A stretch of 62,339 bases of DNA, counting the filler, from Bonamia ostreae (lineage: Eukaryota): NCBI GenBank assembly GCA_040357525.1. It is 29 parts of 29 records of this genome, joined end to end, with 100 filler letters (N's around TTAATTAATTAA, not from the genome) between each part and the next. Parts side by side here need not be neighbours in the genome. Positions count along the whole stretch, not along the records: positions 25,928 to 27,981 come from JBDODL010001087.1; positions 28,082 to 30,135 come from JBDODL010001088.1; positions 30,236 to 32,289 come from JBDODL010001089.1; positions 32,390 to 34,442 come from JBDODL010001090.1; positions 34,543 to 36,593 come from JBDODL010001091.1; positions 36,694 to 38,744 come from JBDODL010001092.1; 23 more parts are not named here. One strand, given 5' to 3'. The notes under the pieces are model-generated. The model was given only the letters and a program-made list of their open reading frames with translations. It was not told the DNA's origin and did not search any database. The position numbers were made by a program, and so were the translations under genes. This document shows positions 25,928 to 38,844 of the stretch, in pieces (position 1 is the stretch's first letter; each line of letters opens with the position of its first letter).

Positions 25928-27630
25928 TTTTCCTGGGACATATTAAACTTGTATCATTATAGGGCATCTGACCAGATGAAGAAAAAATTCAAAAAGTATC
26001 CGATGCAAGGAATCCACACAATAGTTCGGAAGTGTGCTCCTCGAACTTGCAAACTACTGTAGACGTTTTTTACCCAATTTTTCCACGATTGCAACACCAT
26101 TGTGCACCCTTACGTACACTCAAAAGAAAGAACGTGCATTGGAAATGGATCGAACAACACCAAGAAGCGTTCGATAAACTTAAACAAGCACCCGTTAGTG
26201 CTGAAACTTTAGCGTACTCTAATCTGAAATCGGAGACAGGATAATTGTCGACACGGGTCCATTTAGATTGGAAGGTATGCCATCACAGAAATAATGAGAT
26301 GGATTGCGCAAGTAAATTACCTATACGTACCGATTCTTGAACGATGTCGAACAGAGATACTCTGAGACCAAGCATGAAGCAATTGTTGCCGTTTTTGGAT
26401 ATGAAAAACTCCCCATATATGCTTATGGGCTGGAATTACAATATAAGCCTCTGGTGTATATTTACACGTAAAACCCAAGAAACCCACAGGAATAGAACAG
26501 TGGATACTATGTCTCCAACCGTAAAAGTTCCAGATAACCTCTATACCCGGACAAAAGAATACCTCAGAAGCCTTTTCCTCTCTAAACCAAAACATCGCTG
26601 AAAGGGTAAGACCCGTTGCAAACGAATACACGAACTTTGTTGCTGGAACAATAGTGCCTACGACAATAGGGATTAAAGAGATTCGACAGAAATCGTTTAA
26701 GGATTGTAAAAGTCTTGTCCGTAATGAAAAGAGTTCAATCGGGTGACAATCTAGAAACTTTAAAAGAAATTGTGTCAGAATCGGAGTCAGAATTTTCGGT
26801 CGTTGGCGGAATAGTGCTGCGCAGTACGACTGATGCCAACGTCAATAAGGAAAAGAACTATGATCGTGCAAGCTCATGAGGGACATCGAACTCTTATCCT
26901 TACTAAGCAAAAATTCAGAAAATATATTTGGTGACTTGGAATCAATTACGAATCCGAGACATTTATTCAATCATGCAATCAGTGTCAGCTTCTGAGAAAT
27001 AAATGCAAGCCTGGGCCATAATGATCAACATTACTGTCAGACAGATCATGGCAAGAATTGGTCATAGATCTAATGGGACCGTTTCCTGGTAGTTATTCGT
27101 TACATTTCGCTGTTCCATTGGTTTCTTTTGAAGAAGTTCGCCAGCTCTCGGATCATTCAACACTTGGAAGTCATTTTAGCTAGAAATGGAATATCATGTA
27201 CATGTAGTTTGCACAGTGAAACGGATCACAGTTAGTATCGGAAGAGTTTAAAAGCTTCATAGTCACAAACGGAATCAAACACATTAAAACTACTCCTCCT
27301 TGGCCTCAGGAAACGGACACCGTAGAAGTGAACGACTGGAATGGAAATTTCCGAAATTTCTGCTTGCATATCGAGCTACATTGTCCGAATTGTTTAACCG
27401 GCAAATTCGCACAAAATTTCCGCCAAAACCAAATATGATGATGTTAGTGCAAGAAACAGAAAACAAAATGAAAATTTTAAACAGAAAGCAAATGGCAAAC
27501 GACGCGCGGAAGAATCACAACTACATTTTAGTGACATCGTAGTTCAACGTCAACCCAAACGTGATAAATTGACATTTGAATTCAAAAATAGGAAATGGTA
27601 GTTAAAGAAAAGTGCAAAAATGCTGTCTAA
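25928..27630 (+). mobile_element. Decayed Ty3/Gypsy LTR-retrotransposon pol (RT end, RNase H, integrase), probably host DNA
   Basis: Frameshifted remnants FLGH, QEAFDKLK, RFLNDVEQRYSETKHEA, the integrase zinc motif AHEGH..SCNQCQ and the core WQELVIDLMGPFP; many stop codons. Confidence 0.9.
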
Positions 27631-28081
27631 CTATCTTTGTAAAGAATTCATCGTTTTAATCACAAACGTTATGAAAGTGAGTAAAATGTCAAAAGTTTAC
27701 ACATTTATCAATTCTTTACGAAAAATGTTTAATCCCATATTGAAAGGTCACAAACTGAGTTTTAACAGCAATGCAGTAGCGGAACCATGAATGTTTGCAA
27801 TCATTGATCAGCTCCCAAAGAATAGATGAGAAGATAGCTATTTCCTTTCTTATGCATTTCATGTATTTTGCTTCATGTTTGTGATTTATTTCAATGAGTT
27901 TTATTTGTTTGTTATATAAGAAACGGTACGAAATATCTACAGTTGATATTATTTTTCTCGTCATTCCATTATGACGTCAAGNNNNNNNNNNNNNNNNNNN
28001 NNNNNNNNNNNNNNNNNNNNNNNNNTTAATTAATTAANNNNNNNNNNNNNNNNNNNNNNNNNNNNNNNNNNNNNNNNNNNN

Positions 28082-28572
28082 ATAACATAAGACGGAATGA
28101 AATGAGCCCGATGTTCCCACCAAGTCCACACCAATGAGAAATAACTGATATTTTTGCGCGATCCATGAAACTACCAAAACCCATTTCTCTGGGACCAATG
28201 CTCACCGAATCATAGATAACCAGAATTCCACAAATAGTTGAAAATATACTGACATATAAATGAATCAGATAAAGTGGATCGCTCATATCAATTCTTTATT
28301 TGATATTTTAAATTTAAATATTGATTATTTTAGATAAATGATAATTATTCAATAATTTAAATTTTAAAGAAATGATAAAACGCGATGCCAGTGCTGATTA
28401 AATAAGGCAAAATCGATAGAAAGAAAATAATTGTCGGGAACAGGAAACAAAAACGGATAATGGCAAATAAAAGATTGAAGAGGGTCCCAACAAATGTTTC
28501 GTTATAAGTTATTGGTCCATTTGTTTTCCCAAAAGTCATTTTGTGGTATTTATTTTTAGTTACTTTTCTCAT
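28082..28572 (-). CDS. Hypothetical multi-pass membrane protein (one or two short genes)
   Basis: Two hydrophobic ORFs, 28357-28572 and 28082-28286, directly downstream of TGS1. Confidence 0.4.
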
Positions 28573-28625
28573 ATCCCAATTTTATTATATTAACAATTAA
28601 AGCATTTTTAACAAAAAGAGAATTT

Positions 28626-29749
28626 TTAGAATTTAGTCAAATCGTTAAAGTAAACAGTGCACAATTTGTGTTGGTTCCCTAAAAAGAAATTTTCGATTTC
28701 ACATGGCCATCCATTGAAGTTTCGACATCCGTCTAAAATTTGTCCATGGCTAATGTTTCTAGGCAACAATATTCCTATATTCTTTGAGCTTTTTGCCGCC
28801 ATTGAAAGTATTTTGAAACTTTAGTTAATTTGAATTTTAGACAAAACAATGTTAATTACATCAAAATATCTCAAATTATCGCCCTGGAATTCTTAAAATC
28901 TAAATTATATTTTTACCCGTTCCATTCTTAACAAATCCATAAACTAATTAATAATCTTTTATAAGCGACAAAACATATTTTGACAAATCTTACAATAACG
29001 ACATTAAACACAATTTGTATTATAGAACGAATTTACATCAACTTGCAACGACATTACGAAACATCTTTTGCAAAAAGATTTTTACTTTTTGCGAATAAAC
29101 CAAATTCAAAACAAAAATCCGTAAAGCTGAAAATGTCGAATGGAATGTACCCGCTCAATGAATCAAGGTCTGAAAAATCGAATGTCAGTTTTTTCGAGTA
29201 TTCCGGACCGCCCCAAGGCGGCGACATAAAAACACAATCGGCGATCAACAAAGGAACGATCGCAAACACGTCGCCCAATATAAATTCGATGTTTGAGGCT
29301 CCATAAACAGCGGCGTTGTTTTTCGCACAACGCAAACGGTTTTCGTTGTTGTCTATCGCATAGACGGCGTCGCAAGTGGAAGCGAATTGTATGGAATTGC
29401 CGCCTGCACCACAAAATCCATCAACGACGATATTGCACGCCATTCTTGCAGCGATGCGCTTTGCTACGAACTCGGGCGTGACAGAGTACCAACTGACTAA
29501 TTTTTATTTTTGGAAACCGTAGTCCATTTCCACGCCTTCGTCGAATCTGCTGAACAAGTTGTAGCGCTGGTGGAAATATTTGTTGAAATTGGTCAATTGC
29601 CGGTCATCCAAGTTTCCACATTTCTCCAAACTTTTGACATAAATGTTGTTGTCACTGCCAAAATGATCCAATAATCTGTTGCAACTTTTTGTTTCTCTTT
29701 CGAGAAGTTTTGCGTTTTCAATTATTTGGACATTTTCACTGTTGTTCAA
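28626..29749 (-). CDS. TGS1: Trimethylguanosine synthase (5' end extends further upstream)
   Basis: KYFHQRYNLFSRFDEGVEMDY|VSWYSVTPE, VVDGFCGAGGNSIQFA, FMSPPWGGPEY and LLPRN. Introns at 29497-29517 (21 nt) and 28819-29150. Confidence 0.95.
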
Positions 29750-30235
29750 ACATTTGGTTTCTTTTCTCTTTTTGGCTTTCTTGTCGTTTTGGATCAGATT
29801 CAGATAAACTCTGTTGCAAAAGATTGTTTTGCGGTGAAGTTCCGTGCTTAAGCATTTCAGCGCTTCGCCCAGATCGTCAAGGTTGGTGTAGATCTCTGGT
29901 TGCGCGTTGATCAGGACAAAGTTGCTCTGATTGACGTTTTTGTCGATGATGATGGTCAGATTGATCTTTACAAAATATTGGATTTGTCAACGAAACGTCT
30001 TTTTTGTCTAATTTGTAGATGTACGAGATAAAGAGCGCGTTGCTTTTGTTGGGGGCAATTTCAGCTTTCTGTTTTTTCCTTTTTGTGCTTTTTTTCGATT
30101 TTTTTGAACTCGATCCAAAGTTAACTGGCAGACCTNNNNNNNNNNNNNNNNNNNNNNNNNNNNNNNNNNNNNNNNNNNNTTAATTAATTAANNNNNNNNN
30201 NNNNNNNNNNNNNNNNNNNNNNNNNNNNNNNNNNN

Positions 30236-32079
30236 TAAAAAGGCAAAGATCACAGGAACTTGATTCTCTTAAACGAAAACAGAAACTTATTGCCCATTCT
30301 CATAAACACAAAACACAAAATTCGCCATAAAACCAATTCCGATTTTCACTCGTTCTTAAAATTCGCTTCCGAAAAAATGATTTCAGAACTTTTAAAATTA
30401 GAAAATTTGGAGCACAACGCAGATTTGGAAATTTGGTCCTTCGTTCAAAATTCCTTGAGTTCGATCTTTTATTCTATCGAACAAAATGCTTTGTCATTGA
30501 ATAAAGCAAGAGAGCTGCTCCCCATTTTAAACAAATTCGCTTTAAAAAACGTTTTCTCGACTAGTTTTTATTTATACAAATCTTTGTTCTTGCTGAAAAA
30601 TTTTAAAATCTATAAAATTAAAAAAATAGCGGTAGAAAATGGGGACGTAAATCGGATCAGAAATGCGTTAGTTAACAATGAAAATATGTTAAATGACTTT
30701 AAAATGGTTGATTTTGAGGATGGCACAAAAGAAATGAAATTGAAGTTTAATAGTTTGAGAGAATCAACACCGTTTTGTGTTTTTAAAGACAATTTTCTGA
30801 CTGTGAAATATCACGGTGGCAACAAAACAAGTGATGTTTTTATTTTTAAAATATTGTTTTTGCAGTTTAAAAAGCAAAATTTTTATAAATTGAATTTATT
30901 GTTTTTGCAGTTTAAAAAGCAAAATTTTTATAAAATTGAATTTATTGTTTATAAAAGTGCGAGTTAGTGTTACTGACAAATCGAAAATATTTTCAAAAAA
31001 GGGACTGGATTTGCCGTTGACTATAAACTCGACCTTTCCGATAACAGACGGAACGGACATTGAAATGAAAATTGAAGAAATGAGTCATCCGAACAGTCTC
31101 ATCGGACTTGGAATTCGACCGATGAAGACAATGACTGACAACAAACAGCCGTTGGGATTCAGTCCTGGTAGTTTTGCCTTTTATGGAGCTGGGCCGGTGT
31201 CAGAATTTGACTACGTTCCAAAGAAACCGTTAAATTTTGAATCGATCAATATCGGCGATTTTTACGATGTTTATGCGCCATGTTTTGCCATTTTTAATTT
31301 TGTTTTGTCGAATTTTTGTTTCGCCATTTTTAATTTTGTCGAATTTTTGTTTCGCCATTTTTAATTTTGTCGAATTTTTGTTTTGCCATTTTTAATTTTG
31401 TCGAATTTTTGTTTTGCCATTTTTAATTTTGTCGAACGCCATTTTTAATTTTGTCGAATTTTTGTTTCGCCATTTTTAATTTTGTCGAATTTTTGTTTTG
31501 CCATTTTTAATTTTGTCGAATTTTTGTTTCGCCATTTTTAATTTTGTTTTTTTGAAGTTTTGTTTTAACAACTTTAATTTTGCTCAAATGTATATAATTG
31601 CAATAAACCATTTAACAAAAATTTGGTCATAAAAAGGGCACATAAAAAAATGGCTGAGAGGGCAGATCGCTGACAAAACCGAAAATATGTTCAAAATTCG
31701 TTTCACTGACCTCCCTTCAAAAAACGACATTTGGTCCAATTTCGTCAAAGGAAAAATACAGCCATTCGGCACGCGCAATCTCATCTCTTTACCCGGAAAT
31801 TACTGTCTCAAAAAAACTGATTTCAAATTTGGTCGAGGCGACACCGTCGGAATGTTAATCAAAAACGAAAAGCTTTTTTTCAGAGTCAATTCGGAGCCCT
31901 TTTTCAAAGCCTTCGAACTTCCGAGCATTGCCGAAAACATAAGAAAACACAATTTCGTCATCGCGTGCGCACTTAGTCCCGGAATAAAAGTCGGCTTTAA
32001 TTTTGGTCAAAAGAGTTTTGAGTTTAGCGAAATGGAACCAAAAACAGTAAACCAAACAACGACCGGTTTAAAATTTTAA
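30236..32079 (+). CDS. SPRY-domain protein (RanBP9/SSH4-like), 5' partial
   Basis: LTVKYHG, EMKI..IGLGI..LGFSPGSFAFYG, FGRGDTVGM..LFFRVN and FNFGQKSFEF. Introns start at 30836, 31016 (32 nt) and about 31269. Confidence 0.8.
31283..31547. repeat. Intronic minisatellite, about 31-nt unit, about 8 copies
   Basis: GCCATTTTTAATTTTGTCGAATTTTTGTTT(T/C) repeated in tandem. Confidence 0.95.
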
Positions 32080-32289
32080 TATTTTTTGACTAATCAACTT
32101 TTAAATTGCAATTCAATTTTTATTTTTTTAGTTATTTTGACTAATCAACTTTTAAATTGCAATTCAATTTTTATTTTTTTTTAAATATTTTGACTAATCA
32201 ACTTTTAAATTGCAATTCAATTTTATTTTTATAATTATTTTGACTAATCAACTTTTAAATTGCAATTCAATTTTTATTTTTTTTTAAAT
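32080..32289. repeat. Minisatellite, about 51-nt unit, 4 copies, running into the contig end
   Basis: TTTTGACTAATCAACTTTTAAATTGCAATTCAATTTTTATTTTT repeated. Confidence 0.95.
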
Positions 32290-32577
32290 NNNNNNNNNNN
32301 NNNNNNNNNNNNNNNNNNNNNNNNNNNNNNNNNTTAATTAATTAANNNNNNNNNNNNNNNNNNNNNNNNNNNNNNNNNNNNNNNNNNNNTGGCTCGTAAA
32401 TAAGCGAGTTTTGAGTTTTCGATTTCAGTGCTTTTAATCTTTTTTTACAAATTTTACTAAAATTGTGTTAATGTAAATTTTGTACGAAATGAGTTTCTGA
32501 AATCTGAAATTATTGAAATACAATAAGAAATTGAAATTATAAGAAAAATTTTAAATAAAACAAATAATTAAACAAAA

Positions 32578-34039
32578 ATGGAAAGAACAGAAAGTAATTT
32601 AAACTCTTCTCCTTCTAACAAAAAATCCCTGTGGATTCTAGTCAAGCCTTTCACTTCACCGCCTTCGTGGCTACCTTCGATAGTAGCAATAGTTTTGGGG
32701 ATTTTCGTCGGGATATGCGTTAAAATGCTCAAATTAAGGAGTTTTTTAATCCATTTTTAATCCAGGTCAAGATGTAGTAGTCCAAGTTATGGGGGCTCCC
32801 GGAAAAATATTCATGAATTGTCTTAAATGTGTTATTCCATTGTACGTTGTCTTGATGATGATGCGTTCAATGTTTAAAATCAAAAATCTCAAGAAGGCGA
32901 ATCGCTTCATCTCTTTGGTTTTATTGTTTTATCAAAAGTCATTTTTTGCTTTCGTTTTAATGTCTTCGTTGACGTGTTTTATTCCAGTGCTGCTAATGTG
33001 GGCAATAAAAGTCGAAAAAATCGATGGAGGTGTCATCGCAACACGGCACCCTCTTTTAAACCAAAATGGAAATGTTAGTATGGTACAGTCCATTGTAAAG
33101 ATGTTCTACTTGTCAATACCTGATGGGTTTATTGGTTCTTTGGTAAAAAACAACTTGATGGGATCAATGGTATTGGGATCCATAATCGGGCTTGCTCTTT
33201 CTGGTTTCGCGAACACAGAAAAAGGTCATCGTTACGAGCAATTTCTCAATTCTATCTTTAAATCTATCGAAGATGTGATATCTATTTTGATCAAACTGAC
33301 ACCCATCGGGTTATATTCTATAATGGTTGATCAAATGAGCACCATGAAAAGTCTCAACGTCTTTAAAAGCATTGGACAACTTCTTGGAGTGCTTGTTCTG
33401 AGCAATGTCATTTATACTGCGTTTTATGTTTTGTTGCAAGTTGCCTTCATTAAAAAATTTTATGTCTTATCTCTCAAAAAATTTATCTCACCGGTCATCA
33501 ATGGGGTGGGAATAGCTAGTGGAGTATCAGTTTTGCCAGAGATTAAGAGGTTTTGTTTTGTGTAATATAAAGAATCGCTACGGATAAATTAGGTTATGAC
33601 AATTTGAAGACAGAGTTGTACCTTTCGATTGGAAATGTTATGATGAAAAACGGAACGAGCATTTACTTTTGCATAATGACCATTTTTGCTGGTGAGATGA
33701 CCAGCAATCCGCTCGGCAAATTTAGGGCGATCGTTTTTTGTTTCGTTGCGGCGCTATTCTCGGCAGCTTGTCCTCCGATGCCAATGGGCTCCATTATCAA
33801 TATTTCAGCGATAGCCGGCATTTTCAACATTAAAATACCCCCTGAACTATTTTCCGTGCTTCTTGCAGTAGACCCCATTTTTGGTCGAATTAACACGGTT
33901 ACATTTTTCTTACTTTAAGTATGGTAACATAGCTGGTCCTATTTTCAATCTAAATTTTGTAATGAAATTTTCCGGTGAGCAAAAAAATAATGGGAACATC
34001 GTCGGCGATCTTAACGAAAAACTCAATGTTATTTATTAA
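32578..34039 (+). CDS. SLC1/DAACS dicarboxylate/amino-acid:cation symporter family protein (divergent)
   Basis: PGKIFMNCLKCVIP, NNLMG, LTPIGLYS, GNVMMKNGTSIY (NMDGT position) and AVDPIFGRINT. Introns at 32741-32765, 33550-33572, 33898-33919 and probably 32918-32938. Confidence 0.9.
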
Positions 34040-34542
34040 ATAATCTTCGAAAAACTATAATTACTCATTTTTTATTTAAAAATTTAATCAAAATTCTCTG
34101 CTCTCTTTCTCGCGGGAAGGCTTCTACTAGAAGATTTCTTTCTTCTAGAATATTTTTAGTGATCCTTTTTTCAATACGACAATATCTAACTCGAATTGAG
34201 TTTTATCTTCTTTTTTAAAATTTTACTTTTTTTGTCTTTTTTGGATAAATTGCCGTTTCGGAAAGTTTCTCGTCATCAGAGGTAGATTTTTTGACATTTA
34301 TATTTTTAGATTTAATTTTTTTGCTTTTGACATTTATATTTCTACAGCAGTTCCACAGCAGTGGCAGTTTTAATATTGTAAATTTGTTCGCTCTTTACGC
34401 ATAATTAAAAATTTAAAGTTACAGCATTTAATTTTCTTGTTCNNNNNNNNNNNNNNNNNNNNNNNNNNNNNNNNNNNNNNNNNNNNTTAATTAATTAANN
34501 NNNNNNNNNNNNNNNNNNNNNNNNNNNNNNNNNNNNNNNNNN

Positions 34543-34985
34543 AATTTATAAAAATGGGGACAAAATAACAACATTTTATAAAACCTCGTTTTGAAAGCAC
34601 ATTTAACCCCAGAATTAGCACAATCGACACAGGGACGTGATTTGTAGTTCTCGATTCGTTTCTTTGGTCGCAATTCAGAAAACCCGTGGCTGAAATGACA
34701 TTTTGATCCATATCGACAAGTCTTCGTTCTCATCCAATTCTCACACAACTCAGTTTTGTACAAATTAATTTTACATTTCACTTCTTTTTGAACTGTACTG
34801 AGCGGATTCGGGTTGAGCAGAAAAAAGTTTTTGTTTCCAGATGAATCTGTAAAAGAACAAATTTTTAGTCTTTTTTTTCTGCTTTTGCTAAAATTAAACG
34901 AATCGTTAAAATAAGAAAGTTCGTCGTCACTGTTAAACTCATTTTCGGGGGAATGATTTAAGTCTTTAGTTTCATTTAAAGACAT
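34543..34985 (-). CDS. Tandem CCCH zinc-finger protein (TIS11/tristetraprolin family), 3' partial
   Basis: LYKTELCENWMRTKTCRYGSKCHFSHG..ELR..YKSRPC. Confidence 0.9.
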
Positions 34986-35108
34986 ATTTCCGTTGTTTAA
35001 AATTAAAAATTCTGTAAAAACCGTTTTTCACTTAATAATTTCGTTTTGTCTACTTTAATAAATATATTAACTTAATCGAATATAATAAAAATAAAACAAG
35101 CTTAAAAA

Positions 35109-35507
35109 ATGGCGAGATATCGTAGGAAAAAAAATCATAATAAGAACAAATTTTGGAAGAGAATTAGGAACAAAAAACCGGTTTCTCATATAGACCAAAT
35201 TCAAGAACAAATTTTGTCTGGAAAAAGATACGAAAAACTTAAAAATGAAGTTGATTTGGATCTCCCGGCTGCCGGTCAATATGAATGTGTTCAGTGCGCG
35301 TTTAATTACTTATTAAGCTTAATTTTACTATTCAAAATTAAAATTCTAATTAAATTTTTTAATCTAAAAAGACGATTTTTCTCAGACGAAAATTCGCTAA
35401 AATCTCATAAACGCACAAAATTGCATAAAAAAATGGTCAAAAGAATTGGCGAAGATATTTACACGCAAAAAGAGGCTGATTTGGCAGGCGGCATCGGATA
35501 TGACTAA
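35109..35507 (+). CDS. BUD20: Bud20/ZNF593 60S ribosome export zinc-finger protein
   Basis: DLDLPAAGQYECVQCA|RFFSDENSLKSHKRTKLHKKMVK..YTQKEADLAGG; 72-nt in-frame intron at 35300-35371. Confidence 0.92.
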   Translation: MARYRRKKNHNKNKFWKRIRNKKPVSHIDQIQEQILSGKRYEKLKNEVDLDLPAAGQYECVQCAFNYLLSLILLFKIKILIKFFNLKRRFFSDENSLKSHKRTKLHKKMVKRIGEDIYTQKEADLAGGIGYD

Positions 35508-35640
35508 ATTTTATTATTTCTAACATCCAAACAACGCCATTTTTCCTAAAAATCAAAATAACTAAAATTATTATATTCAATTCCTTTAAACTAATTTCGA
35601 TAACAAAAAGCTTAACACATTTATTATAAATCCATTGAAA

Positions 35641-36053
35641 ATGGCTTCACCTTTAAGACACAAATATAAACTTTTAGAATCGTTTTATTTGTATATTTAG
35701 AACAAACAAGAAAATCCGTCTAAAACTGTCGAACGATAATTCGTCTAATTTGAACGAAAAAATGGTTGAAAATAAAAATTTTACCGTTTATTTTTTGCTC
35801 AAAAATAAAATTTGTGCAAAAATGTCATTTTTTGCAAAATTAGTCCAAAAATCAATTCGCCTAAAAATTTAAGGAGAACTCGGGATTATATTGCATATGC
35901 AAAAATTCGAATAACAGAATGAAAAGTATGATCGGTTGCGACGAATGTTTTGGTTGGTTTCATTATAACTGCGTCAAAATCACGATCGGAGAAGCTAAAC
36001 GCAAAACAAAATATCTTTGTCCAAAATGCACCAAAAAATTTAATCGTCTTTAA
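35641..36053 (+). CDS. Small PHD-finger protein (Spp1/CFP1/DIDO-type PHD), about 101 aa
   Basis: Introns at 35682-35700 (19 nt) and 35786-35873 give YCICK..MIGCDECFGWFHYNCVKIT..YLCPKC. Absent from the ORF track. Confidence 0.85.
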
Positions 36054-36693
36054 TTAAAAAAATCGATTATTCTTGACTTAAAATCTATTTTCAAAAAATA
36101 AATTTTCGTAATTTTTTGCAAAATAACTTCAAAATGACAAATTTTAAGCAAAACAAAAAAATGATGTTAAAACTGAAGTTTTCAAATATTATGAATTTTT
36201 ATCTGACGATGCTGAAGAAAATAATCAAACGCAAATTTTGGCCAAACGAATTAACAACATCAATTTGTGTAAAAGTTTTTTTTTGAAAATTTCAGAAAAT
36301 AAACCGAAAACGGAAAAAGAAATATTTTTAAATTTTCCGTTTCATCTTTATCGATTCAAATTGAAAAACGTCGAAACTATTGAAAATAGCGAACTCTCAA
36401 AAACATTTTGTCGATTTTTCAAAAAATTGATAAAATCTGAAAATTTGAAAATTAACGAAAAATTGTCAAATTTTGTTAATTTTTATAAAACTGTTTTTAA
36501 AATTGTTAATTTTCAAATTTTTGAAATTTTATTAAATGTTTATTCGTTTAAAGTCAAAAATGGACAAAATAAAACTCAAAAAATGTTTGTTCGNNNNNNN
36601 NNNNNNNNNNNNNNNNNNNNNNNNNNNNNNNNNNNNNTTAATTAATTAANNNNNNNNNNNNNNNNNNNNNNNNNNNNNNNNNNNNNNNNNNNN

Positions 36694-38588
36694 AAACGCG
36701 GTTAATCAAAAAATTAGAGACAAAATGGATTGGAAAGATGTTTTCCAAATTTTTTCATAATTTTTAAAGCTAAACAAATTTATCGAATCTCAAGCGAAAT
36801 TGGGAAATCCAGTTGCAAAATCAATATTTTCGCTAAATTTAAATGAAAACGAAATTATTTTAAATCTAAGTTTTTGTACGAACGAAAAGATTTATCAAAA
36901 CAAAATTGACCAAAATTGTATCTGCGATGATAATTTTAATTGCCAAGAAATTAAAGTTTCTTTAAACATTTTTTTATAATTTTTGTTCTTTTGTGATCAA
37001 AGTTGTTTTTCAACATTTTAAAATTTTTGTTTATACAATTAAAAATTTTGTATTAGATAAGAGTAGATTTATCCCAATCCGCGTTATCTAACGCAAGAAG
37101 ATATTATAATAAAAAGAAATTGAGCAAAGTCAAACAAGATAAAACTAAATTGATGTCCAAAAAGTTTTAATTTTTCCCATTTGACAAACATCAATTTCTT
37201 TGAATATCCAAATTAAAAAAATTTAGAGCCATAAAATTAGCCGAAAAGAAATCGCTAAAAATATTGCAAAAAAGACAACTTAATCTAAAATTGGATTTTG
37301 CCCGCCAAAAATATTGGTTCGAAAAATTTTTTTGGTTCAAGACATCTGAAGGGCTTTTGGCCATATGTGGCAAAGACAAACCGCAGAGCAAAATGATTTT
37401 AAACAAAATGATAAATATCACTTCGGATTATCTTGTGGGCGTAGAAAACGATCCGAGCAGTTTTGTTATCGTTAAAGGAGTTGGTGAGTTTGACGATATT
37501 AATGTTTTTAAGACGCATTGGATTTTTAAGCTTTATTTATTTGTTGTTTGTTTTCTGTTTAATTTTTTAAGCTTTAATTAAAATAATGTCGTTTTTTGCG
37601 TCAATTGCTTTTCAAATGCTTTTTTAAATCTTGTTATTTTCTTTATTCAAAAAAAATCTGCAAAAGCTTTAAATCGATAATAGATCCCAATTGAGTCCTT
37701 GAAAGAAGCCGGTTGTATAGCTATCTCGAAAAGCACTACTTGGAAAGACAGGAATGTCTTAAGCCCATTCTGGATTTATTCAAATCAAGTTCTTTCTCGG
37801 ATCAACATAATTCTTTAATTAAAAGGTGACGCCGTCTGAAAAAGCCTTTTATTCCATAAAAGGGCAACTCAATTTTTTGCCGCACCAAATTTTGTCTTTC
37901 GCCTTGACATTTTATTATAAAATTCCAAATTATGTCAAAACTAAAGACGATGGAAACTTTAAACAGAATGACAATATTGACAAAAATGACGATGACAGTA
38001 CAAACTTGGAAACATGTTGGAGCTGTGGACTAGTAGTTCTAAAAAATGATCATAATTGCAAATATTCGAAAACTGTTTGTTAATTTTGCAAAATAATTTT
38101 GTTTAAATGGATGAAATCCTAAAACGACATATCCTCGAAAACTAGCTTTGCCCTCGACAATTTTAATGTTAAGTGCCACAATAAAAAAATCGCAATTTGA
38201 TCAAAACATTCAAATTTGCAAAAAAAAATAAAAAAGTTCGAAGATCTTAACGAAAAGGGCTTTGAAAATAATAAATGTTTTGACATTTTGAAAAGTTTTG
38301 TGCTGGAGCCAAACTCAAATCAAAAAATTGAATATGCAGTTCCGGTGTGTTTGTCAAAAACACAAATTCGGAAATCTGAACTTTTTTTCGAGTTTTATCC
38401 CGGTTCGTTGACGAGAGGAAAAGCGGCTAAAGTTTTAAATTGCAAAAACTGAAAAGGAAATTTATGGCGCGTTGACGAATGGAGAGAAGAAGAATTTGGA
38501 CAGAAAATTGGAGATAATAAGAAATACAGTTTCTCTCAACGACATTGTTACCAGCGTAGTACAAAACAATGTTCGTGTCAAAAAATAA
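36694..38588 (+). CDS. NEMF: Ribosome quality control factor NEMF/Rqc2, 5' partial
   Basis: VDLSQSALSNARRYY, KYWFEKFFWFKTSEG..GKD, LKEAG..W and NFACT-C YAVPVC..PGSLTRGKAAK. GTT introns at 36740-36769, 36956-37056, 37164-37226, 37504-37683, 37789-37825 and 38432-38456. Confidence 0.9.
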
Positions 38589-38844
38589 TTTTATAATTTT
38601 CTCTATTTAACGATATTTTGTAAAAATTGTTTCGTGTTCTTTTTAAATGTTTCTTGTCGATTTGAAAACATAAATTGCGCCAGCTACTAAAAATAACTTC
38701 AAAAACAAATAATCGAACTTCCGATAAATCTTATCTAGAAATGGNNNNNNNNNNNNNNNNNNNNNNNNNNNNNNNNNNNNNNNNNNNNTTAATTAATTAA
38801 NNNNNNNNNNNNNNNNNNNNNNNNNNNNNNNNNNNNNNNNNNNN

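Noticed and set aside
31283-31547. 31-nt repeats as a CRISPR array
   Set aside because: The copies are head-to-tail with no unique spacers, lie inside a eukaryotic intron, and have no cas genes nearby.
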